From Candidatus Bathyarchaeota archaeon (GTDB lineage: Archaea > Thermoproteota > Bathyarchaeia > Bathyarchaeales > Bathycorpusculaceae): 64,000 nucleotides of DNA. The position numbers were made by a program, and so were the translations under genes. The notes under the pieces were generated by a model. That model was not told the origin of the DNA and did not search any database. It saw only the letters and a list, made by a program, of their open reading frames with translations. This document shows positions 29,667-38,450 of this stretch, piece after piece; positions within the stretch are counted from its first letter, which is position 1, and each line of letters begins with the position of its first letter. The stretch spans positions 32,001 to 96,000 of the forward strand of contig CAWHVC010000005.1 in assembly GCA_963832745.1 (NCBI GenBank). Direction: 5' to 3'.

Positions 29667-30614
29667 ATGTCAAGAAAACAGTCATGCGACAGTACATCTT
29701 ACACTGGCGGTTTCAAAATCACGGTAACCCCAGACGGAACTTTTGTTGCCATAAAAGGAAACAATATCCTAAAAGCAGCAAGCGCAGAAGAAATTAACAA
29801 TTTAATAATAATATTTAATGAGACAAACCCGCCGAAAGAAAATGATTCTACTGAATGCGGCGGCGGTCCCTTATTGAATGGGTACTTCTTTGAAATCCAT
29901 AGCAACCTGCCCCGTGAAGGCCCCGGCGACAACAAGTCAACAAGACGAGCGTACCGAATGCTCACAGATTTGCCAGAGAAACCGCGACTCTTGGACATCG
30001 GTTGTGGTCCCGGAATGCAAACAATCGAGTTGGCAAAAATCTCTAACGCAGAAATCACGGCTATGGATAATAATCAATCGTTTTTGGAAGAGCTTGCAAA
30101 AAACTCGAAGGCTGAAGGCGTAGCAGAGAAAATTAAGATTATTCAGGGTGACATGTTCTGTTTGGGTTTTGAAGAGAGCAGTTTTGACGCCTTATGGTGT
30201 GAAGGAGCCATTTTTATTATCGGTTTTGAGAAGGGGCTACACGAATGGCGCAAGTTCCTGTCTGAAAAAGGCTACCTCGCAGTTACGGAAATGTGTTTGA
30301 TAGACCCTAATCCACCCAAGGAGGTTAAGGATTACTTAACAAAAGTGTATCCGCCGATAAAAACGGTTAAAGAAAACTTGGAAATTATTAAGTCGGCTGG
30401 TTACAGTGTGGTGGGTTATTTTGTTTTGCCTGAGTCCAGCTGGTGGGAAAACTATTACTTGCCGATTCTGTCCAAACTGCCGGGGCTTAAAGCCAAGTAT
30501 CGAGCTAACAGAGAGGCTTTTGCGGTTATCGATGCTGAAGAGTTGGAGATTGAAATGTTCCGTAAATACTCCAAGCATTATGGTTACGTATTTTTTGTGA
30601 TGCAGAAAGCATAA
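29667..30614 (+). CDS. class I SAM-dependent methyltransferase
   Basis: PREGPG, LDIGCGPG, WCEGAI, YGYVFF. Confidence 0.9.
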   Translation: MSRKQSCDSTSYTGGFKITVTPDGTFVAIKGNNILKAASAEEINNLIIIFNETNPPKENDSTECGGGPLLNGYFFEIHSNLPREGPGDNKSTRRAYRMLTDLPEKPRLLDIGCGPGMQTIELAKISNAEITAMDNNQSFLEELAKNSKAEGVAEKIKIIQGDMFCLGFEESSFDALWCEGAIFIIGFEKGLHEWRKFLSEKGYLAVTEMCLIDPNPPKEVKDYLTKVYPPIKTVKENLEIIKSAGYSVVGYFVLPESSWWENYYLPILSKLPGLKAKYRANREAFAVIDAEELEIEMFRKYSKHYGYVFFVMQKA

Positions 30615-30808
30615 GACAACTTTTCTTTTTTTATCTGTATTTATGTTGGATAAGACTTCAGAATCTGAATTTTTTCGTAAGTCTTATTAGAGAACAAACC
30701 TAGTTGCCGCTTGTTGATAAAACATGCCAGCCCCCATTAACAACACAAAAACAACAATCAACCCACAAAACAAACTAACAGCCCCAGCCAGCTTGGAGGT
30801 GGACTAAC

Positions 30809-31584
30809 ATGGCAGGCACATCCGTAGCCGTCAGCGAAGCAACAAGACTGGGAGAAATAAAATTCCCCGAATTCACCTCCAAATTAATCACAGACGTTTT
30901 TGACGCCCTAATCGCTGCAAACATAAGACAAACAGAAGCCTACGTTGAACTCTTAAAAGCAGTCTCCAAATCCCTCTCAGAATACATCAACGACACCAAA
31001 GATGACATCAGCGGCGACATGGTACTGCAGTTGCTTGCAAAAGTGCTTCCAGACCCAACAAGCGAGGCAGAACCAAAGTAAGAATCGGCGCAACCTTCTC
31101 CCAAACGGACGCTGAAACATTAAACAAAGCACTCGTTGTACCCAGGCGTACAAGAAACACCAGGCATCGCCGCAACAGCAATCAACAACCAAACTGCATT
31201 AGACCAAATAATTTCAGCAGTGGCAACACGCATTGCAGCAGACAAGTATAGTTTGCTTAAAGAAATGGTAAAAATGGGTGTTTTACGGTTAGTCGTTGAA
31301 CAGGGAGTAATTGAAACCAAGTTAACTTTCACTACTTACGGTTCAACTTTCTACGAGTCAACTAAAAACAACTACAACTCCAGCTCATTTCAGTTAAAGC
31401 TAAAGCTAGAACCGGCGGATTAGCCAGCCTTTGGGTAAAAGCTTCAGCATCAACAAGCTTCACTTCAATGCATATCTCTACAGCTAAAGAAACAAACCGC
31501 GACATTTCAGGCAGCCAAGTCCAAATCTACGGTCACGTTCAAATCAACTTCAAAACAGACTACCAATCGTTAAGCACCTCCTAA
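30809..31584 (+). CDS. uncharacterised protein A of a three-gene paralog operon (frameshifted in this assembly)
   Basis: ggaggtgg RBS; joining frames near 31070, 31140 and 31390 gives about 258 aa ending IYGHVQINFKTDYQSLSTS*. Confidence 0.75.
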
Positions 31585-31600
31585 AAGGTCGACAAGAAAC

Positions 31601-32298
31601 ATGGCAACCAGCATCGCAAAAGCAACAGAATTAGGCTTTGCTGAGTTCGCCTCCACCCTTATTTCTGAAACCCTTAACGCAGTTGTCACATCAATACTAA
31701 CACAGGAAAAACAAGCCGTCCGAACTAGAAAAGCAAACATTGCTTTCACCTGAAGAATACGCGAAAGAGAACTTGACTGATGAAATAATTAGGGCAGAAA
31801 TAATGCGTCTTTTCCCTTCCAGCACAGGCAAAGAGGACAAAAGCTCCGTGGACATTGGCGAACTATATACAGTTAAGCAAAGAAACTGGCGAGTCACCCG
31901 CAATAAACGAGAAAAGTTGGTTACAAAATAATAAAAACAGACGTGACATCCCACAACCCAAAACAGACTATACATTAACCAAACAGGCTACACAACAGTT
32001 CATGCTGCAGTAAGGTTAACGTTGGCTGCTCAGCATTTGCGTTGCTTAGGCGGTTATTGCAAGGGGGATCCCACGAGTATACGTTGACAATGGCCACATC
32101 AAGTCAAAACTCATGTTAAGACTTGAAACCCAAACACCCACAACCACAAAAGCAGCAACAACGGGTTCCCGAATTGCAAGTTTAAGCCTCCCCAAACTTA
32201 TCGCGCAACCAGTCAACGCAACCAAACCAGAATTCTTAACGCTTAAAGCAGACGTTTTAAGCGAAGTTGAAATAACATTCAAAACGGTGGTACCATGA
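31601..32298 (+). CDS. uncharacterised protein B, paralog of A (frameshifted)
   Basis: MATSIAKATELGFAEFASTLISETLNAVV...RGIPRVYVDNGHIKSKL...VLSEVEITFKTVVP*. Confidence 0.72.
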
Positions 32299-32763
32299 GC
32301 ACAACAGCAAACGAGAAAAACGCTTTCTTCCTAACAGAAGCTATCCTATCAATCCACAACGAAGTCCAGAGTGCCCTAGACTACATCAGCACAGTCTCAG
32401 CAGAGGAAGGCACTGAACTTGGAAAAAGCACCGCCCTGCTAAGCATCGAAAACCTCCGCGTCAAAGTCCCATTAAAATTCAGTATTGAAACAGAAAAAAC
32501 CAAACCTGAAACCACCCCAACACGCTCATTAACCCCAGACTGAAGTAGAAGGCTGCCTTAACAAAAAGAACAGGTTTAGTGGTTGAAAGAGACTTAACCA
32601 GAAAACTTTAACATTTCAGCAAAGTCAAAATCGCCTTCAAACCTGAAGAAATCCCAACAGCTACAACAACAAGAACCGCAACAACAACCACAAAAACACA
32701 GAAACCCAGAAAGAAGAGTGGGGCGAAATCGAAATCACTTTCGCACCAATAAAACGCCAATAA
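32295..32763 (+). CDS. uncharacterised protein C (frameshifted)
   Basis: ATGA overlap with B; ends EWGEIEITFAPIKRQ*. Confidence 0.68.
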
Positions 32764-32777
32764 AGGCGACAATAACA

Positions 32778-32795
32778 CTTTTTTATTTTTTTATT
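32778..32795 (+). terminator. oligo-T archaeal terminator
   Basis: cttttttattttttatt directly after the operon stop. Confidence 0.45.
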
Positions 32796-33075
32796 AGAAA
32801 CTGAAAAAAGTTCCGGTTAAGAGTTTTCCGAACCATTTATCAAACCAACTGTTAAACATTTCAAGGCATTCATTTCGGTAAGCCGTTTCACCCGATTCTT
32901 CACGTATGCAACTGGCAAGCTCTAAATGGTTAAGGATTTCTGCTTTTGCTTCATTCAGGTTAACTTCCATGTCGTCAAGCATGTCGTTGCCACCTGCAGC
33001 GTAATCTTTAACGGAAGCCTGCAAAAACGCTCTTTTTTCTCGAATTAAATCTTCAAGTTTACCCTTTATCGCCAT
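32794..33075 (-). CDS. hypothetical protein
   Basis: 93 aa ORF with ATG and aggtg upstream. Confidence 0.6.
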   Translation of the reverse strand: MAIKGKLEDLIREKRAFLQASVKDYAAGGNDMLDDMEVNLNEAKAEILNHLELASCIREESGETAYRNECLEMFNSWFDKWFGKLLTGTFFSF

Positions 33076-33119
33076 TGTTTCAAGGACACCTTTTCAGTCA
33101 TCATAACCAAAATGATTAT

Positions 33120-33512
33120 TTAATTTTTGGTTACCTCGCTGGTTGCTTGCTGCTTGTGTTTTTCAACGTCAATGTCTTTGTTTTTGGATGAACGGAATTG
33201 GTGGTAAATAATTAGAGCCAACGAAATCAGAAGCGCAGCGGCAGCCACAGCAGAGGTAGCTCCAATGATTAGCCATGCTTGCCAAGCGGGAAGGAAAGTT
33301 TCAAGGTACCGAAGTGAACCGATTAGAAAGAACAGGGAAGCAGCACCGATAAGAGAAATTGCCACGGACATCAGGATTGTTGTGGCGATACTGAAAATTA
33401 ATAATTTTTTAAGCCGCTGTTTTAGGGCTGTTTCGGTTTCTTGGAAATATTCTTCTATTGCAGCCTTTACTTCGTTGAGAAGTTGTTTTATAATGTCTTT
33501 TAACGGCGGCAA
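33120..33512 (-). CDS. 2-TM membrane protein (holin-X/DUF1469-like)
   Basis: Amphipathic N-terminal helix, two TM with LPAWQAWLI turn, basic tail. Confidence 0.55.
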   Translation of the reverse strand: MPPLKDIIKQLLNEVKAAIEEYFQETETALKQRLKKLLIFSIATTILMSVAISLIGAASLFFLIGSLRYLETFLPAWQAWLIIGATSAVAAAALLISLALIIYHQFRSSKNKDIDVEKHKQQATSEVTKN

Positions 33513-33721
33513 AAATTCATCTCCACATATAAAAAACGGCAGGATATAGGTTAGAGGCTAACCTGTTATGTTGACGTATCATGCCTGATATGTAATCAAC
33601 AGAGAGAGGCTCTAAACTGTTTGTGACTGCACAGTTGCAATCACACAAAGCCACATTTAACCAAAAAGTTTGGCGAATAAAAGTTAAAAGACTCATCAAC
33701 TATTTGTAGCAGAATTAACCA

Positions 33722-35329
33722 GTGACCCTTGTGACCCCCAGCATCGACTTAATCATTGCAGCTTTCCTGTTAATGGTGTCTTTAACTGCGGTTATTTCAT
33801 TAAGACTAAAAATTCCTTATACAGTGACACTGGTAATTTTAGGCGTAACAATAACAATTGTTTTAAGCATTCTCGCGTTTGAAGGACCATTCCAAGCGGG
33901 CGCACAATACATAATGGATCAGATACGTTCAGCTTACGCGCAGCTTGTAGCGGGAGAAAACGGAGGCGCATTTGTGGGTCTGATTGTTCCGCCACTGCTT
34001 TTTGAAGCAATGATACATATACGTACAGACGATTTGCGTGCCGTAATCCGTCCAGCCTTGGCATTGGCAACAGTGGGCGTCGTGATAGCAACAGTTGTCG
34101 GCGGCTTATTCTTGTGGCTTATAGTTGGTCTTGAGCCCATGGTTGCATTTTTGTTTTCTGCACTCATAGCGCCAACCGACGTAGTAACTGTGCTTGAAGT
34201 TTTTAAACGTGTAAAGGTACCCTCAAAATTAGCCACACTTCTAAAAACCGAGTCAGCGTTCAACGATGCACCAGCAATCGTCATCTTTACAACTATACTT
34301 GCACTTGCAAGCCGCCAAATAGTAACGCCGATTGATGCTGCCTTCAGCTTTGCCTATGTCATGATTGCGGGAGCGCTTGTTGGGTTAGCGATTGCTTTTG
34401 TAGCTGAAATTCTTTCAAGCTTATTTACTGACCCAGTTGTAGAAACAATTCTTACAGTAGTCGTAGTGTACGGTTCTTACGCGCTTGGAACGGGCATAGG
34501 AGCCTCTGGATTAGTCGCTGTTTCGGCTGCTGGTCTATACTATGGCAGCTACACTATGCGTTCAGCCATGGATCAAAAGGAAAGAGACGCCGTAACCATC
34601 TTTTGGCAAATCGTCGCGTTCATCGGAAACACCGTAGCCTTCCTGATTATCGGTTTTGAAGCAAACCTGCTGGAATTCACGCAATCAATCTTGCTGATTG
34701 CTGCAGCTTTTGCTGCGGTAACCTTAGGAAGAGCCGCCACTGTTTACCCGATACTGCACTTCTTTAAGAAAAAAATTGGCGAAAAAACCTCTACTATTTG
34801 GAGCCATGTGGCATTAATTGGAGGAGCCCGAGGCGCTGTATCCATTGCTTTAGCGGCAACAATCACTGCTTCTGCGGTTATTACTCAAAACGACATAAAC
34901 GTTATCAATACTATGGTTTTCGGTGTGGCGTTTATTTCTATTATGATTCAAATGCCGATGCTTTTTGGTTATGCAAAACGTAAACTCGCTAAATGTGACG
35001 AAGGCAAAGAAGATGAGTTGCATGAAAAATTTGCGGCAATAGAAGCAGCAATTATTGAAGTAAATAAACTAAAAATTGAAGAAAAAATATCGCATATAGA
35101 AGTTGAGAATGAGCTTGAAAAACTCAAAGATGAACTTGACTCCATATTGAACGAGTCTTCAGCGTCGCTTCAAACTAAAAAAATAATTCAGGAAAGAGCC
35201 GCTACCCTCTTTGCATCTATACCAAGAATTTCAAGACCTATCCAGATTCCTCATCAAAGATCAAAAGAAAAAAATAACAAAAAAGAAGAAAAAGAAAACG
35301 CGGCAAACCATCCCCAAAATGAAGCTTAA
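33722..35329 (+). CDS. Na+/H+ antiporter, CPA1 (NhaP-like)
   Basis: PPLLFEA, APTDVV, ESAFND, RGAVSIALA. Confidence 0.92.
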   Translation: MTLVTPSIDLIIAAFLLMVSLTAVISLRLKIPYTVTLVILGVTITIVLSILAFEGPFQAGAQYIMDQIRSAYAQLVAGENGGAFVGLIVPPLLFEAMIHIRTDDLRAVIRPALALATVGVVIATVVGGLFLWLIVGLEPMVAFLFSALIAPTDVVTVLEVFKRVKVPSKLATLLKTESAFNDAPAIVIFTTILALASRQIVTPIDAAFSFAYVMIAGALVGLAIAFVAEILSSLFTDPVVETILTVVVVYGSYALGTGIGASGLVAVSAAGLYYGSYTMRSAMDQKERDAVTIFWQIVAFIGNTVAFLIIGFEANLLEFTQSILLIAAAFAAVTLGRAATVYPILHFFKKKIGEKTSTIWSHVALIGGARGAVSIALAATITASAVITQNDINVINTMVFGVAFISIMIQMPMLFGYAKRKLAKCDEGKEDELHEKFAAIEAAIIEVNKLKIEEKISHIEVENELEKLKDELDSILNESSASLQTKKIIQERAATLFASIPRISRPIQIPHQRSKEKNNKKEEKENAANHPQNEA

Positions 35330-35482
35330 ATTTTGTATTAATTCATCTTCAAAATCAAAAGGCTTTAAAACCTAATTTTCCATGGTCAACTCTACCTAAA
35401 TGGTCAATAACTTAATATTGTCCACTGTCCTTTTTCGGATAAAAACAAATGAAACTAACCTGTAAAGCTTTGGATTGGAATA

Positions 35483-36787
35483 TTGACCCAATTTTTAAAG
35501 ACAAAGCTTTCATTTATCTGGAGTATAATCAAATTGGAAATTAAAATCCTCGGAGGAGCCAGAGAAGTAGGCGGCTCATGCATATCTGTTGAAACCGATT
35601 CATGCAAGGTTGCCTTAGACTATGGCACTAAACTTGAAGGCGAACCAAAAAAGTTCCCAAAAGATTTTGACGCCGTAATAATTAGTCATGCTCACCTTGA
35701 CCACACAGGCAGCTTGCTAAGTCTATCAAAACATAATCCCACAATCGTTGGCTCCGAAATATCACGAGACGTAACCGTAGACCTGTTACATGACATGGTT
35801 AAAATTCAAAACGAAAAAGGCAACTTGGAATACGAAGATTTTCACGCTGAAAGAATAGGAGAATGCTGGTGGAGCCGCGATTCAATCGCTCTGCCGGGAA
35901 TGAAAATTAATCTTCAATCAGCAGGCCACGTTGCAGGCGCAAAAGTAACTAGCCTTGAAGCTGAAGGAAAAAGAATCATTTACACAGGCGATATTTGCAC
36001 TCATGACACTGAAATATTGCATGGCTGTAAACTTCAAACACTGCCCAAAAGACCAGACGTTTTAATTTCTGAGTCAACTTATGGTGGAAAGGTGCGACCT
36101 CCAAGACGTCAATTGATTGACGAGTTCATGGATGAATTAATTAAAACTATGGATCGTAGAGGAAACGTTTTGATTCCTACTTTTGCGTTTCATCGAAGCC
36201 AAGAAATGGCCAAACGAATCGACACTGCAATAGAAAACGGTTACTTACCACGCTATAACGTTTACACTATTTCTAACCTTGCCCACAGAATCAACGGTTA
36301 CTATAACCACAACAAACCGTTGTTCACAAAAGAAATCCGGCAACAGAAAACACCCTTCAACTATCGACACGTCAAACATCTTTACCGCACAGCCCAAATT
36401 GAAGACCCAGCCATCGTAATATGTACATCTGGTTTTGGACACGCAGGCGCAAGCCTCAGGCTCTTAAAGGATTGGGCAGGTGATAAACGCAACTCAGTTA
36501 TCTTAACCTCGGGTTACTTGCCACCTGATAGCCCATTGAAGACGGCAAAAGAGGAAGGCTTTTTCAAAACAGAAGAGGAAACAGTCATGGTTAATGCGCA
36601 GGTTAAGCAGATTGAGCTTTCAGGTCACGCAGATCAAAATGAGTTAGTTGAGATTGTTAGTAAGCTGAAGCCTTTGCGGACTGTTCTTGTTCATGGTGAT
36701 TTGGAGCAGGCTGAGTTGTTGGCTGAGAAGATTGGTGAGATGACCGATGTTTGCATACCTCAGCAAGATGAAGTTATTGATGTTTAA
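35483..36787 (+). CDS. MBL-fold beta-CASP ribonuclease (aCPSF2-like)
   Basis: SHAHLDH, AGH, YTGD, ESTYG, SGHAD, VHG; no KH domains; likely start TTG 35534. Confidence 0.9.
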   Translation: MTQFLKTKLSFIWSIIKLEIKILGGAREVGGSCISVETDSCKVALDYGTKLEGEPKKFPKDFDAVIISHAHLDHTGSLLSLSKHNPTIVGSEISRDVTVDLLHDMVKIQNEKGNLEYEDFHAERIGECWWSRDSIALPGMKINLQSAGHVAGAKVTSLEAEGKRIIYTGDICTHDTEILHGCKLQTLPKRPDVLISESTYGGKVRPPRRQLIDEFMDELIKTMDRRGNVLIPTFAFHRSQEMAKRIDTAIENGYLPRYNVYTISNLAHRINGYYNHNKPLFTKEIRQQKTPFNYRHVKHLYRTAQIEDPAIVICTSGFGHAGASLRLLKDWAGDKRNSVILTSGYLPPDSPLKTAKEEGFFKTEEETVMVNAQVKQIELSGHADQNELVEIVSKLKPLRTVLVHGDLEQAELLAEKIGEMTDVCIPQQDEVIDV

Positions 36788-37004
36788 TCGCATCATTTTT
36801 CTGTTTTTTCTTTAAATCTTTGTTTTTTCAGGGTTTTTATGTTGTTTTTTTGGTTTGAAACGCAAAGCCTATTAGCAACATTAGAATATTATAATATATG
36901 CAGAGATGTGTGGAACCCAAAAACGGAATCCGATACTTGCAAAACATAATGGTTTCACAATCATTTCAAAACAACATAAAAATCAAGGGAGGTAAGAACG
37001 AAAA

Positions 37005-37808
37005 ATGAAAACTTGGAAAATTATAACTATAATCACCCTTGCAACAATAGGAGCAGCACTAATAACCACAGCAGCTTTCGCTTCCGCATACAACCCCTAC
37101 CAAACCATGGTTCCAACCCAAGGCTACCAAGGATGGATGATGAACAACGCAAACACTCCAGCAAGCACCGTGCCAATTAATCAGCCACAAACAAACAGCT
37201 ATGGAGGATACGGTTGCAGAGGACCAGGATACAATAATTACGTTGCACCAGCAGCGCCTTCAACAAACAGCACAAATACAACATCATTAACAATTGAACA
37301 AGCAACACAAGCGGCACAACAATACGTAACAGCCCTAAACAACCCTGACCTCAAATTAGGTCAAATTCAAGAATACACTAACAACTATTATGTTCAAGTT
37401 TACGAATCCAGCACAGGCAACGGAGCTTTTGAACTACTCGTTGACAAATATACAGGAAATGTCTATCCCGAAATGGGACCAAACATGATGTGGAACACTA
37501 AATACACCACAACCACCGGCGTCGCGGGAGTCTTTAACGGAATCGGTGGCATGATGGGTTTCCAAAGAACAACCAACACACCAATGACCTTAACAGTACA
37601 GCAAGCAACAACCAACGCCCAGCAATACCTTAACACTTACTGCCCAGGAGCAACCGTAGGTGACGTAACAGCTTTCCATGGCTACTACAGTGCTGAAGTA
37701 CTTTCAGGCGGTCAACCATACGGAATGCTTAGCGTAAACGGTTACAATGGACAAGTCTGGAATCACACTTGGGATTGCGGTTTTGTGCAAGAGCAGACTG
37801 TCGGTTAA
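37005..37808 (+). CDS. secreted protein with two PepSY-like repeats
   Basis: Signal peptide; repeats TIEQATQAAQQY and TVQQATTNAQQY; PEMGPNMMWN; ggaggt RBS. Confidence 0.75.
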   Translation: MKTWKIITIITLATIGAALITTAAFASAYNPYQTMVPTQGYQGWMMNNANTPASTVPINQPQTNSYGGYGCRGPGYNNYVAPAAPSTNSTNTTSLTIEQATQAAQQYVTALNNPDLKLGQIQEYTNNYYVQVYESSTGNGAFELLVDKYTGNVYPEMGPNMMWNTKYTTTTGVAGVFNGIGGMMGFQRTTNTPMTLTVQQATTNAQQYLNTYCPGATVGDVTAFHGYYSAEVLSGGQPYGMLSVNGYNGQVWNHTWDCGFVQEQTVG

Positions 37809-37900
37809 ACCGGCAGTACTCCAACATTTATTCTAACTGAAATTTAACAAAGCTTAAAGGGGGAATGTAACAAAGTTAGAATATTCGAAGGAACCAAGCA

Positions 37901-38242
37901 ATGGCCGAAAAAACCAAAATAGACATGACGGTATACAACATGCAGGCTGAAATATCAAAAACATTGGCCAACCCCTTACGCTTAGCAATACTTCACACTT
38001 TAAAAGAAGGAGAAAAAAACGTTAACGAATTAACCGACATTTTAGGAGCAAGCCAATCAAACCTTTCACAACATTTAGCTTTAATGAGGCAAAAGGGCAT
38101 AGTAGCCACAAGAAAACAAGGCACAAGCATATTCTATCATGTTACTGACCCAAAAATTAACGAAGCATGCGACATTATGCGTGAGCTTTTGTTAAATCAA
38201 CTTAAACATAGGCAGGAACTTGCCAAAAAGTTTCCAACATAA
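37901..38242 (+). CDS. ArsR/SmtB family transcription regulator
   Basis: LANPLRLAIL, SQSNLSQHLALMR, RKQG. Confidence 0.92.
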   Translation: MAEKTKIDMTVYNMQAEISKTLANPLRLAILHTLKEGEKNVNELTDILGASQSNLSQHLALMRQKGIVATRKQGTSIFYHVTDPKINEACDIMRELLLNQLKHRQELAKKFPT

Positions 38243-38260
38243 AATCAGAGGTGAAATACA

Positions 38261-38437
38261 ATGTTCTTTTTAGGGTGCGGATGTGGATGCGGTTCTAATC
38301 GCAGCCGAGACAGAAATGAGGATAGAGTTCGAGAGGTTGTACGGGAAGTTGTAGTTATCCCCTGCAAGTACTGCGGCACCCTGTTTCCTCAAACAGCCGT
38401 TTTTTGTCCTCACTGCGGAGCAAAAAGAACCGCCTAA
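38261..38437 (+). CDS. small zinc-ribbon protein (58 aa, not in track)
   Basis: gaggtga RBS; MFFLGCGCGCG...CKYCG...FCPHCGA*. Confidence 0.75.
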   Translation: MFFLGCGCGCGSNRSRDRNEDRVREVVREVVVIPCKYCGTLFPQTAVFCPHCGAKRTA

Positions 38438-38450
38438 CTTTTCAAATTTT

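Noticed and set aside
30809-32763. Programmed ribosomal frameshifting in the paralog operon
   Set aside because: Too many shifts, in both directions; same pattern as in ordinary genes later in the window.
33120-33512. Holin-like gene as evidence of a provirus
   Set aside because: No viral genes nearby; such 2-TM proteins are commonly chromosomal.
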